NCBI GenBank assembly: GCA_008632985.1
Contig: QPGO01000016.1
Coordinates: 1 to 64,000 of the forward strand
Source: Psammoneis japonica
Taxonomy: Eukaryota
Reading direction: 5' to 3'
Length of the DNA stretch: 64,000 nt
The notes beneath the pieces were generated by a model, which had not been told where the DNA came from, did not search any database, and worked only from the letters and a program-made list of their open reading frames with translations. The position numbers and the translations under genes are program-made. Shown in pieces: positions 10,338 to 23,553 of the stretch. How positions within the stretch are numbered: position 1 is the stretch's first letter; the number at the start of each line of letters is the position of its first letter.

Positions 10338-10897
10338 TAGGCGTCTGCTCACACGAGTGGTAGTAGTAGTAGTATTTTTTAGAAGAGAAAGGATCGATTG
10401 CTCGACCATGTTTATTTGAAAAGGAGGGCGAGTGCAAGAGTTTTGTTTACAGAGTTTTTTACGACCACGTCGTCGTAGATGTTATAATTATAAGAGATTA
10501 TTGTTGTTATTTCGAGAAAAATAGTCATCATTGTGCTTTCGTTTGTAAATATATAAACCTATACAAGACTTGATGGGGCCCCCTAATGATTGTTGCATTT
10601 CAACAGGATACAATGGTGCTGTCATTATTAGTTGCTCTCGAAGCTCCTACTTCGTACCCTCGAAGTCGTCTCGTTTCTGGCAAAAAGTGAGCGTGAAGAT
10701 CTTGGCGAAAAGTAAGCGAACATGAATTTATCTACAGACACAAATAAATGTATACGTGGTGAAATCTTTGCGATCTTTTGGTGTCACGTAGAAGCCCCGT
10801 ACGATTCTACGTTCGAATCCGGGATTGTCGCCAGCGACATCATCAACGCACATTCATCACGCACTTTCATTTTTCTGGGGCTTGTTTACATGGGCCA

Positions 10898-13800
10898 ATG
10901 ACAACCGACATTGAAATGGCAAGCGGGGAACACACTCCGTTGCTAGCATCGTCTTCTCAACAACAACATGATGACTCGTTTCGTCAGCAAGTTTATGATT
11001 TTCTCGAAGCCAAAACAAAACGAGGTCGTGCATATGAAGCCTTTACGTTTGTGCTCATTGTAGTGAATGTGTTGGCCTTTATTTGTGGCACGCTCTTTGT
11101 CGAGCAGTACAATGACGCTCCGTGGGCCTCACGTAAGCATGGTATTTGTGGTAATGTCTGTGATGCATTGTGGTTTGGAAATTATCCCGACAATGGTTTG
11201 GGCTTTTTGAAATTGGGAACCACGAGTCTTCTCGAGATTGTTACCGTTTTCATCTTTTCCGTCGATTATCTATGTCGCGTATGGTGTGCCGATTTGGAAG
11301 ATGCACGCTTTCAAGGTTTCTGGGGACGTATCCGGTACTTGCCCACCTTTTACAGCATTGTGGATTTGGCGAGTACAGTGCCCTTTTATATCGATGCCTT
11401 TGTGTTGAAGGAGTCCGATATATTTGCGTCGCAGTTTTTGCGTATGTTTCGTGTCTTTCGCATGATGCGGGTGGAGGGACGCTACGATACAGCCCTCACC
11501 ATGTTTGATGATGTCTATCGTGAACAAAAGGGTATTTTGGGAACGGCACTCTTTGTGGGATTCACCACGTGGACTACCGTGAGTGCGCTGTATTACATTG
11601 TGGAACGCAGATCACTCGACATGATTTATTGTGGAGCGGCTCCGGAGTATTGTGGTGATGCGGATGAGATTGATACGCAACTGTGTGTCATTGATTCGTG
11701 GGGTATTACGGATTGCAGTGCGGCGGGTTGTCCGCCTTCAGACGAGTATCCCGAGCCCTGCTACAATTTGTTCAATTCCATTCCCATGGCATCCTACTAT
11801 GCGCTCTTGAATCTATTTGGGGAATTCCCACTCATTGAACAGCATTCGGCGCCGGTAAAGTGGTGGGGACCTTGACGGCCGTTGTGGCGGTAGCCGTCTT
11901 TGCGCTTCCTGCTGGTATTATTGGCAATGGCTTTGAAGATTTGATTGCACGCAAACGGCAAGAACGGCAAGAGTTGGACGATGAGACTTCCCTGGAAGAA
12001 GATGAATCACCCTTGACGCTTGGATTCTATGCAGATGACGGAACGAAACGGGGACGTCTTTACAACTTTTTACACGCTCAAGTCTCGTATGGATCGGGAT
12101 TCTTTGATCATTTCATCAATGTTCTCGTTTTGGGTACCGCGATTAGTTTCATGATTGACACGGTTGCGGGGATTTCGCCCTTGACACATGTCTGGCTCGA
12201 CTTGTTTGAACTTGGTGCCGTCATGGTCTTTACTGTCGAGTACAGTCTTCGCGTCTACAGTGCCAAGGAAGATCCAAAGTATCAAGGCCCCTACGGACGT
12301 TTCAAGTACATGTGTTCCTTTCTAGCCGTTGTGGATTTGCTTTCGGTGGCACCCTATTGGATTGAGTTTCTCCTGACGAGAAGCGTCGTCACGTCGACGT
12401 CGGATTCCTCGTCTACGTGGAGTACCTTTGTCAAGTGCCTTCGGTTGCTTCGATTGTTGCGGTTTGAAAAGTACACGCACGCCTTTACTTCGTTTGATGA
12501 AGTCATTCGAAGCAACTTGGACGTGGTTGGCCGTGACGGCATTTACGGCAATCTTGTTTTGGGTCTTTTTCGGTGCCATCTTGTACTTGACAGAGCGCAA
12601 CAATCCCGATTCCGAAATGGCGGAGAATTACAACACGGTCCCCAACAGCATGTGGTTGACGCTGTTGAATTTGTCGGGAGAATCACCCCTGTCGCAGTAC
12701 AGTGGATACGGAAAGTTCATTACGGGATTTCTAGGGTTGTGTGCCACGGGTGTGTTTGGTATTCCCATTGGTGTGCTTGGAGCGGGATTTGAAGAGATTG
12801 TCGAGGATGAAAACGAAGACGACGAGGATGAATTGGAACACGAGGACGGCTTGTGGGATTCCGAAGGAAGGGGTGGCACTTCTTTGAGAATTCGTGCTAT
12901 AACTTTGTCAATGGCATTGGATCCAAGGCAGCCATGATTTTTGAGCTGTCCATTTATGCTCTTATTTTTGCAACCGTCGCGGTGGGTGTCTGGCAGACGG
13001 TGGAGGGTCACGAAGAAGACTTTCATGCGGTCGAGTGGTTTGCCGTGGTTGTGTTTACCTTTGAGTACATTATTCGTTTCATTGGTGTGCCGGCGGATCC
13101 ACAGTTTAACTACATTCAGAACAACTTCCTGGCGCGCATCCGTTTCATCTTTTCCTTTTACTCCATTATTGATTTGCTGGCCATTTTGCCCTTTTATTTG
13201 GCAGTCGCAATGCCCAATTCATGGGTCGATCAACATGACGAGTACCTTCGAATGCTTCGTCTTTGCGTCTCGTCAAGCTTGATAAGTACGTTCCATCCAT
13301 TTCTCTGGTGGACGATGTGCTTCGTCTCAAGCGAAACAGTTTGGCTGTTGCTTGTTTTGCGGCCGCGACCCTGTGGATTCTCTTTGCTTCCATGATGTAT
13401 CTTTTCGAGCACAAAGACGACTACAACTCGATTGACAACGTGCCCGAATATGGATGCGATACGAATTGTACCATGGCGGATCGATTCCAGGATTACTTTG
13501 ACAGCATGACGTATACGGGTGTGCACTTGACGGGCGATTATCCCATTATTACATACTCGTGGCCGGCAAGGTTTTTGAATTTCTTCATGGTGATTGCCGC
13601 AGTCGGTGTCGTTTCCGTGCCTTCAGGTTTAGTGGCGAGTGGATTTACTAGTATCTGCCAAAGCAAGGCTCAGCGTCGACGTGGTGAACGGCCACGAGGC
13701 CGAGCAGGCGACGATTGGTACGAGTTTCGCCTTGCCGAGTTGGATGGAGTCGATCCTCCGCCGTCTCGTTTTGGACCACAAGTGGATCGGTGGCAGGTGG

Positions 13801-14714
13801 CAGTCAACGAATTCCTCAACGGCGTTGAAGATGAAGACGGATACACGAGGTACCCGCCGTATGGGTACTGCATGCGTGTCTTTATGTTCACAGTGATTAT
13901 TCTCAATGTCGTGGCCGTTCTTGCTGAGAGTATCCCTGCCATTGACAAATACGTTGGAAACGAGAGCGGGAACTTCTTTGATGTGTTTGAAGCCTTCTCG
14001 GTGTTTGTGTTTGCTGGTGAATACATTCTTCGGTTGTTTTGCGCTCCCAAGAATCGCGAGGCGCTCTATTCAACTTATGTTTATGCCACAACCTTCTTTG
14101 GTATTGTTGACTTCTTGTCGACAGCTCCCTGGTTCATCCAAGAGCTTCTAATCGCGACGGGCGTCATCAGTCCAGCGGATGATACTGCAAGGATCTTTCG
14201 AATCTTTCGTGTTTTCCGTATCCTGCAGCTCGAGGACTTTGTTACGGCATTTAGCAAGCTCGACAACGTGTTCAGGGCCTCCAAAGATGTACTCAAGGCG
14301 ACAGGACTCATGGCAATCATTATTTGGGTAGGTTGTGCAGCACTTTTTTACATTTTCGAGGAAGATAACCCCAACTGGCGTTCGTGTGATGATTCCATCC
14401 CACTCAGTAGCGACGATCCCGATGTTCCTGGATGCTATGATTTCGCATCGACTGCAGCATGCAACGAGTTTTATCCTGGCATGTGCTCGCAGGCTGCTTT
14501 CACAAACATGCCAAATTCGCTCTATTATGTGGCTGTGTTTCTCGGCGGGGAGTGGGGTGTCATTGACTTTACGTGGCCCGGAAGGATGGTATGCCTTTTC
14601 CTTTGCGTCGCAGGCATTGCCGTGTACGCCATTCCGATCGGAACACTCTTTGACAGTTTCGGGGCGGTGCTTGGAATGTGTGAAGATGAGGACGAGGAAG
14701 GTGAAGAAGACTAA
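10898..14714 (+). CDS. Four-repeat (4x6TM) voltage-gated cation channel built from Kv-like domains; four 1-bp frameshifts
   Basis: Four S4 segments (LRMFRVFRMMR, LRLLRLLRFEK, LRMLRLLRLVK, RIFRIFRVFRIL) and four Kv-type S6 segments (FALPAGIIGNGF and equivalents). Frameshifts near 11851, 12526, 12883 and 13263. Confidence 0.88.
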
Positions 14715-15040
14715 GTCAAAGTATGCTAACTATGACCTCCACTGTTTTTTCTGTAACATTGAGAGGAAATGAATACATGTAACCTTTCGCTTCAAACACT
14801 TTGAATCTCAGCCACGTAAGCAATACGTCTTTTTCATTCTGTAGTCTTCTTTTCGCTTTTGTTTTCAAATGAGATGTTCGCCGGTGGCCCGAACCACGGC
14901 TAATAACCACAAGGGGAGAACGATAGCCGTACAGTATGAGCACAGTTACCCTTCATTTTCATCCACAGCATCGAGAAGAGAGCAGGGGAGGCAGCGATGG
15001 CTTGCTGACATTACAGCGCTTCCTTCGTTTACCGCCACAC

Positions 15041-18000
15041 TCATGAATCAATAACGTTTGCACTCCTCTCGGCTACATGTCTCTTTAGTTCCTTGTATGG
15101 CATTTCGTTCCACCGTTTCTCTGGTCCGACCAAGTCACAGAGCGCGAACGAAGCAAGATGCTGTCTCAGCACCTTCTTGGACACAGACATAGTGTCCCTA
15201 TCTTCTTCGTATGAAAGATCTTCATCGAGAATTGAAATTTCCGAAGTACTCTTCATCACGGTAAGCTGAATGTGCTCATACCGATGAGGATTTACGGCGG
15301 CAAATGGCGAGGGCGAGGGCTGTGTGTATTTCAACTCAATGTCACCCACCATGCCTACGTCAGAGAGTTGCTGAAGGATCTGAAGGGCGGTGAAGCCCTG
15401 TGGATTCACCTGCATATCAGATGGTATCACTTTCTCCATACGAGCAGACACGTCGAAATCGATTCTCTTCTTCCGTTCTCTCTGTAGCGTCGATGGCTCG
15501 TCTACGGATTTCGAATCTTTTACCAACCTCACATTTTTCAAGCTTAGATCGATCGAAATTTTCTTTGTTTTTCCTTTCCTATCCTTCGCCATTTGATAGG
15601 CTTTCTTATATCCAACTTTCGAAATGGGAATATCACCAAGCACCGTCTCCAAGATTGATCCCATGTCGGTGTTCTTTCTCTTCTGCCTTTGATCTTGATG
15701 CGAGTTCTTTCCGTGCCGCTGCTTCCTACCAAGCATAGGAGTTGGCTCCGAAGTAGTAATAACACGACTCACTTGTAATCTACGATTCTGCTTCAACGTG
15801 ACAGCCTTTTCGAAAAGGGTAGAGGCGGTTGAAATGGATGGGTCAAAGCAGCTTTTGTCGCATGCATCACTGTCCAATAGTGGTCCCCAAGAAGGATACG
15901 GCGTCCCTTGCCGGTCCTTTCATCCTCATCCATGGGATCATCTCCTGAATCAATGGGCATGCCATTCATAGCTTCTATCCGTTCCAAGCACCTTTTTTCA
16001 AAACGCCTCAGGTCAAACATATTGTCTTCAGGATCCATACACTCTGCATAAATCTCTTCGACAGCATTGCTTTCTGCTAGCTGTCTATAAGGCTCGGGTA
16101 TAAGCTCGCTGACCTGCGATGGAAGAGCTGCAAGACAAGAGAGTCCATCGCTAACAGGCGGCGAATAGTGGTCGCCTAACAATTCACTAGGACCAACGGT
16201 GCGATTGTGATGCAGGGCTTCTCTGAAATACGCTACAATTTCCTTTGCAGTTGGCGACATTCGACGCCCATAGTTGTATGCATAATCCGTACAAACGCCA
16301 TCCTGATAAGTTTGCAGGTTCCAAAGAAGTCCAGCTAGGTAGCGGTCGCACTTTCCGCCTTTTGCTGACTGTATCTGTGGATAAAGAATTGCAAGTCTTT
16401 AGTGGCCGGTTGATCTCTAGCCCATTCCGACGTTCGCTCCAAACAAACTCACCTCCCATGCATAGCCGACACTGGAGATCTCACCCATATCCTGCAGGTC
16501 GTCGTCCTCATCTTCCATGGCTGATAAACTTAACCAATCCTCTCCCAGTATATCATCGAGGGCAAGATTTGCCAACTTGTGTCGTACGCTTTTCTTGCCA
16601 GCAAAAGGCAATTCATATTCGTAAAAATTGTCCGTCCCCTTTTCTCCAAGCGTTAAACGCAGTAGTTGTTTCTCGCAGGACGCATTTGCAATGTCCGTCT
16701 CCTCCTCCTCTTGGTCAAGCTCGGATACTTCCGACGCAAGCTCCTTTCCATTCCTGTCGCCAGGAAGCACCGTCCATTTGATGGGTCGAGGAATAAAACC
16801 TGACTCCCCCATGTTATTTAACTGGCTCAGTGGAGTTTCTCTGCCATCTCTTTCCGTATATCGCTCCGCCATTGTACCATTGAGTAAATTGTCGGGCGCC
16901 AGCTGAGCCATGTGTCGGAAAAATGCAATCGAAAAAGGAATGTTGAATTCGAGAGTGTCGGGATCGACCAAAAAAGGCTTGGCACCGCCATGACTGTTCG
17001 TATCATTTTCGTCGGACGAAAGCCATTGATGAAGGATTCGAAGATAGTTATGAAAAAGGTTGTTGAATCCTGCCGACCCTCTAAGTTTCGGTAGGTAATC
17101 ATTTCCATTCATAATGAGCAACAAGACAAGATCCGTCCGAACGCGCATCATGTCTTTTGAGTCCAGTTTGGGTAAGAACCTACTCAAGGCTCTTGTAGTC
17201 TCCCATAGGCTTATGGCAAGATACTGCTTGCTGCCATCAGGCAACAAGACAAAGACATTATGAGTAATGCTGGGTGGAATGACTAGTCCCTCCAAGACCA
17301 AATCACTGTCGCCACCCAGAATTGCAATCGATTCACTTGGCGAATCTTGTGCTGCAACAGCCAATCCAACAATTTCACTTCTCCTTCTCCCGGGACGGTC
17401 GATGGTGAAAAGTATATTCGAGTTCTAGAAATTGGGTTTTTTGGATTGGACAGCCGTTGCCACGCCCAATACAAGACGGCTTGATGCGCTCTCTCCATGA
17501 ATTCTGTACCCGGTGTAATGGCTAGAATCTTTGGAGCAGCAGCTAGTACACGTCTTTTCTTTGCTCTTGTTTTTGGAAAGAGAAGCAGAACCCCGTTCAA
17601 TGGCGAGAGACAACTGTTGTTTCTTCCATTCAGTACGAATAAGTGTGGAGTACCGCCTTCGTCGCTGAGTTGCAGCTTTGCAGCACTAGGAGGCCCGTCC
17701 ATTGCCAGAACTATGGATTTCTTCGCGACAGCCATGGAAAAGCACATATCCAATTCTTTCAGAAACATAACCAACGCGTGTCCATCGGAACGGGATCTTC
17801 TCAGTGCGACATGAAGCAATTGATTTACATCCAACAACATGATCAAAGCTCTCGTTGGCATCTTCAGAATACCGATTGAAGCTCAGAATTGCTTCTGGAA
17901 ACTGAGATTCAAACCATACACGAAAGCCCTTGATTCCCGATAGCGAAGTTGATGAAAGCTGTGAATGTACATGCGTTCGATGGGCGGGAGCAGCTGTGAA

Positions 18001-18129
18001 TGAGCATACCAGCTTGGTATGCAGGGCAGTGAAGCAAAAGACACCAAAGAAAACGAAAAGCCCCATCTCTAAAGGCTTCACCGCTATCCTTTGTCTCTTG
18101 GGTCGCCATACTGCAGTTGGCGACGCCAT
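15041..18129 (-). CDS. XRN-family 5'-3' exoribonuclease-like protein with a putative bipartite plastid presequence; one intron and several frameshifts
   Basis: Motifs GIKGFRVWF, LDVNQLLH, AMDGPPSAAKL, ITPGTEFM, VPGEGEVKL, GGDSDLVL and GNDYLPKL. Alternative start at 18066. Confidence 0.85.
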
Positions 18130-19303
18130 TTTATAGATCGTTTTGCCCTCTTCACACAAAGCTGACTAGCACTGTATGGATATCAATACGTTCATCGGCA
18201 CAACAAGCGATGAATAGCCGACGCGGCAGACGAAACCAGCATGCAGCCACTCCTATGCGTGCCGCGCAAACAAAATGCGCGAGAGCGCAGACGACTTCGT
18301 CGAAGTATTCAATATCTGATGTTTTAGACATATATATCATAAAATTACTTTGTACTCGATGGTGGTATGTTCGCGTAGAATTGTGTAAAAATTTATTTAT
18401 AGATTATACACTGGGAATGTTGTAATATCACATTTTTTTATTGAAAAGTATACAGCATTTTTATGTTCGTTATATGGACATACAACTTTGACTGTTGTAC
18501 AATAATATCGGCTCCGAGCGAGCACAGAGCACAGCGCACGAGGCACGACGTCGTCTCACCATGTTCAACTGATGATTGGTCGGCAAGAATGAGTTTTGAG
18601 TGAGGGCGAGCCGAGTCGGCAAACGGCAATCAAACCCGGCAAAACTTCAGAAAAATCCAACGGATATTTTTTTCCTCATGCCTGGCTGTACGTAGTACGT
18701 TTGGTACGGCGTCACACGTAAAGCACGAGCTCGAATTTAATGTTTTAGTAACCCGGAACGTTGCAATCGCTGCAATCGTTGCATTTGCACTTTTTTCCCC
18801 GTGTAAATAACACGTGTTTTCGTCAGGAGGTGGGGACATCGGGGGACATTTGGGGACACACCACCACGAGCTCTTTCGTGTAGAGCAGTACTGAGTTCTA
18901 CACGTGCACGACATTCGGCATTTTTCTTTTCACTGCCACCATGACAATTGGTTGATTTGCAACGCCGCTCTGCTTGTCTAACGGCAGAGTGGGTGCTTCG
19001 ACACCTACCCGTTTGGTTCAACTCTCCGCAGCCGTCGCGCTCCAACAACCACAGCTTTGGTACACCGAACAGTATTCGATGAACCCGAATGTCAGGACGC
19101 CCCAAAGTGGTGGCTACATAGAGCGCCGGGATCCGCTCGTGGTGTTGCTCGTCACCGCCGTGCCGACTCAGCAACACGGCGATACTGCGATCGTCATGGC
19201 GGTCCATGTCAGAAATCAGAAAAGCATGCGCGTACTGTAGTAGTACAAGGATATTATGACGTGTACCTCAACATCATGCCGACGCAGTCTCGTTGTCATC
19301 ACC

Positions 19304-19690
19304 ATGGCGTCTTCACGTTGGAAGCGCTTTGCCTTTTTCGATCGGCATACACTGAGTCTCCCATCTCAGGTATCGGAAGACTTGGTATTGTTTCTAGCAA
19401 GCAAGAGCTCGCGCCGTATCGTCGTTTCGGATAACGAACGAACACGTCAGCAATGATTGCTGTCCGTCTTGTTGTCACCACAGCCACGCTATGCCCATGG
19501 ATACCAAGCAAAAGAGTGCAGTTGCAAGCAAGAATCAAACATCCACAGAAGCGTCTTTATCATCCGAAAGAAAGAAAAGAGGAAGTCGAGACTGACAATT
19601 CTCTTACAGGAATGTGGTCCACTCTGACGGCTTGTACAGCTCCAAATAATGCTGCTTCCGATGAAAAAGAGCATCAGTTTCCGAAGACTA
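19304..19690 (+). pseudogene. Possible 5' fragment of a Vps11-like gene
   Basis: MASSRWKRFAFFDRHTL resembles the W-R/K-x-F-x-F-F-D/E N-terminus of Vps11; broken by stops and frameshifts. Confidence 0.35.
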
Positions 19691-21106
19691 CGTGCTTGGC
19701 CCCGAGCATTCGATGAACTGTACCAAGGAACTCATTATGGTGACTCTTGGTGATGAGGACACCAAGCTCGTCCATGAAGTCGCAGACATAGCCCGCAGCG
19801 TTATCTATGATGAAATTCCTGGTTGTCGAGGCTACGGAGCGCCAAGCTATGATTATTAATATGACGATTCCGACAACGATCCTTTAGCTTTGATTAAAAG
19901 CTTTGGTGCCAACGATCCTTTTTTCCTAAAGCTCTCTTGGGAGCAAGGTTATGGTTGACGAGATTATTATGCCGAAATTCCTTGGTGCATGGACTGTGAT
20001 CCCTATTGTCGTCTTGGTGCACTCATTATTGTGGACGAGTGTGAGAATACTTCAACAGAGTTTCTCTTTTTGTTTGGAAAGTGTCAACAATCGCCATGTC
20101 GAGGTTCAAATCTGCAGCTACAACAACCGACAATTGTGGGAGGACCAATTTGGTGAGCCACGATTTGAAATCAATTCCAAAGGCTTTACCGGTTGTTTGA
20201 GTCAGCATCATCATCATTCCAAACCGGGAGAAGAAGTCTATGTGGATGAATGTTCGGATGCGCATTCGGCGCAGACTGGCTATTGGAATCGATATACAGT
20301 ACGCCGTGAATTGCGTCAAGAGACGCTGTAATTTGATGTGAATGAAAAAAAAACGTAGATTAATTTGTTATTGGTTATTGCTATTGATTTGGATTGTCCT
20401 ATTGTACTACATTGGTCCTTTACCAACTACGGTACAAGCACTTGCTGGGGAATACCTACTAGAGAATACAGTAGCACCCCCTTTTCACTTTCACATACAC
20501 GATGAGCCCATGATGGGATGCTAGCGACTATTAATACGACCCACACAACTAGCAGGAGGGTGGCTTCCACTTCTAGCTACCATTCTGCTCTAGCTCTACT
20601 CTGTCTCGGTAGAGATATAGCTACATAAAGTAGTGGTGTTAAGATGGTAGTCGAAGTGGCAAACTCTACGGTAGAAATGCGAAAGATAATTCATTTGTTG
20701 TAATACTTTCTGCTCGAAGCTAACTAATAACATATATTCCCTCGATGCTAATCGAGACTCACTAACGTCTCGATTGCATTTCTCCCACCTGATATTCTAA
20801 TCATGGAATCGTTGTACATTGGAAAGGTTTGAATGCTTCGCTACAGAGCTCTACCCTCTAAGTCGCTCTTCTAGCTAGAGAAAACCACGACCCACAGTGC
20901 GGTTGCGGAGAAAGAAGTAGGTAACGCATAAAGAAGTCCGTTCAAATGGGTTATTCTAAAATTATATACCTCTATCATGACGTGGACGTCATCGTTTCAA
21001 CAACCCTAAGACTATAGCTAATAGAGAAGCTTCCATCGATTTCGTCGTCAATCATTTTGTCTTGAATGCACACTAAAACATGTAGTAGGAGCCTCACATC
21101 AACCCA

Positions 21107-21646
21107 CTACCGTACCTTCCTCGCCGGCGTGCAAAGCTCAACAACCAGCGGTTTATGGGGAATGGAGAAGAAATGTAGTCCAAACTGATCTTTCACTTTT
21201 TGCCTTTTGGGTAGGTTATAAGGACGTGGACAGTGGAGTTGGTAACAGATAAAGTCATTCAGCGGATTGATTCCAGCAACGCTGTTGTCGATTTCGATAT
21301 TAGTGTCGATGCCCTCCATGATTTCCTTGTTGATGTCAATCTCCTCGTTTAATTCAATGTTGATCTCCTCCTTGATCTCCTTTGTAACAAATTTCTTCCG
21401 AACTATTTTGTGCGACGGAACACAAAACTTAATGCCATTGATCACCAACTTGCATCCCTTGAGTGAGTATTGTTTTTGTAATGCCGGTAGGTGCACTAAT
21501 ACTGCTTTCGATTGCGACTCTCTAACCTTGAAGCAAGTCAAGTGATCGTACCTAAGGGGGCACTTGCTAGCCACCTCGTCATCAGGAGCAGCCGAAACGA
21601 GTGTGGCCATGGAGCCGAGCGCGATTAGAGCCTTGAGGAGAAGCAT
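21107..21646 (-). CDS. Small secreted Cys-containing protein with DHLxCxKV / DQFG / LCxPxxK motifs (prokaryote-like, DUF7450-type)
   Basis: Signal peptide MLLLKALIALGSMATLVSA. Two half-repeats DHLTCFKV..FCVPSHK and DFICYQL..DQFG..LCTPARK. Intronless. Confidence 0.65.
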   Translation of the reverse strand: MLLLKALIALGSMATLVSAAPDDEVASKCPLRYDHLTCFKVRESQSKAVLVHLPALQKQYSLKGCKLVINGIKFCVPSHKIVRKKFVTKEIKEEINIELNEEIDINKEIMEGIDTNIEIDNSVAGINPLNDFICYQLHCPRPYNLPKRQKVKDQFGLHFFSIPHKPLVVELCTPARKVR

Positions 21647-22371
21647 CCTTTTGTGGTGAGGATAGTAGAGTTGCCACTCTTGATGTAGTCTTTGCTATTA
21701 TCAGCCTACGTGTATTCAATCGTGAAAACGAAGTGTGAGAACAAATAATTTGTAAGAATTGCTTCGTCGACACGTACTATCTCTTCATTTTCAACACACA
21801 CACACAGGACACTACACATCATGTCACATGTCATTACAAACAAAGGTTGCAGTTCGGAGTGAGTGACGATGGAGTTTTTGCCTTACCCTTCAAAGTTGGA
21901 GTTGTTGTCTTCACGATTGGTCTTCATATATTTTATGAGAGGTTCGTGATGTTGTGAGAGTTTAGCTAGTTGTTTCAAAAAAAGGAAGGCATAATCCTGT
22001 GTTCGGGGTTCCCCCCTTCTCTTTCTTATTCTCTGCTAGTGATATATTTAATGAAGGCAGTCGTACCGTCTGATAAATGTTAAGAAACAATTAACGTACC
22101 ACTTGCACGAGAATTTGAATGATGTCTTTTACTAAATGTTGGAAAATCTAAGGTCATTTGTCTTTATAAATATTCAAATATACTTTGGCATTACGTCGAT
22201 GACTTTGGAAACAAGAACAGCTGAAAATGTCCAAGAGCTGTTGAACAGTGCCGGCCGTGAAAAGAAAAAATGGAATCATTGTCTGTCTGAATGAGATGAG
22301 ATGAGATGTATGAGCGAGCGAATAACATTTTCATTGGGCTGGGGTGCATGCGTTGAATTTCTACCCAACAA

Positions 22372-22650
22372 TTAGAGGAATGCGTTGAGACTGGGCAGAG
22401 ATTGCGAATTCTGGGCAGAGATTGCGAATTCTGGGCAGAGATTCAGAAAATGAACATACAAATATGAATCAATGAGTATAGTTACAGTAAAAAGCGTTGG
22501 ATGCGTTGGATGCGTTGAGAGTGGGCCACAATTGCGAATTGCTGGGCCACGATGAGAAAATGAACATACAAATATCAATCAATGAACATTTACGGTAGAA
22601 GCGTTGGATGCGTTGATTTTTCCCAACATTAGAGGAAGAATGCGTTGAGC
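22372..22650. repeat. Complex short repeats: 20-bp CTGGGCAGAGATTGCGAATT x2.6 plus duplicated blocks
   Basis: Tandem copies at 22391-22443. GAAAATGAACATACAAATAT and GCGTTGGATGCGTTG each occur twice. Confidence 0.8.
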
Positions 22651-23553
22651 TTTGACGAGGAGCTCAACGACCAATGCAGGTCAATCTACGACCGTTTTCA
22701 TGAGGTTGTGTTGTTGGTGCCGGTATTGTTGTTGTGTGTTTTGATTATTTGTACTGCACTCGTGTACTGGAAGTGTGGGTTATGAACCATTTGGCGAAAC
22801 AGCACACTCTAAATTAGATTTGTGCTTTTTAGAGGAGACTACCATTGAAACAATTTCATCCGATTTAGCTTTCGTTTCAGGCCGGGAATAGCCCGACTAT
22901 GGTATGGCGGTAGCCTTGTTGCCACAATCGAAAATTTAATTCGTTTCTTGCATTGGTCAAGTCAAATGCTATCAAGTAATCCCGTTCAGTAATTTCGTTC
23001 ATGTGCTACAAACAGTGTATTCCCTGGTTTTTGCATTCTTCTGACGACTTGGGACGGCAGATTCCTTTGCCGTATCATTGCCCTCTTCCGTTTGTTTTGG
23101 ATTCTGTCACTTTTTCGGAAAGAAGGGACGTATCGGACTCCAGAGGTGTCGAGCTGGTCATGATTCGTGCGAATCGCCTTTTCTTGTTTCTCTGAACAAC
23201 ATCCCGAAACTCAGGACCGACGAGGCGCTCTTCTTACCGAGATCACTTCTCACGCATCAAGTATCCTGTCTTTGGAACTATAAGTTAATAGTAAAATGAC
23301 AAGATTCCGGACACTAATCATGAGTCAGTAAATGCTTCCGCAAGTAGCAACAAGGCAACTTGCGCATCTTGGTCCAATTATTGGTTCATCGTACTTCCGA
23401 ACCGTTCGTGCACTCGACAACACGTTGCAGTCATATACTAGCCTCGGAAAATGTCGTCTCATTTTCCCAATCCTACTGACACCGACCACCAGTTATTCCA
23501 AAGTATGTATTGGACCAGTATTCTTCTTCTTCTTGCATCAAAGAGGTACTCTA

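Noticed and set aside
10778..14714. Five separate channel genes or programmed frameshifting
   Set aside because: Fragments join into one protein with single-base corrections, and no consistent slippery sites are visible.
18714..18881. MITE with imperfect TIRs and GGGGACA triplet
   Set aside because: The inverted match is short and gapped, with no clear target-site duplication.
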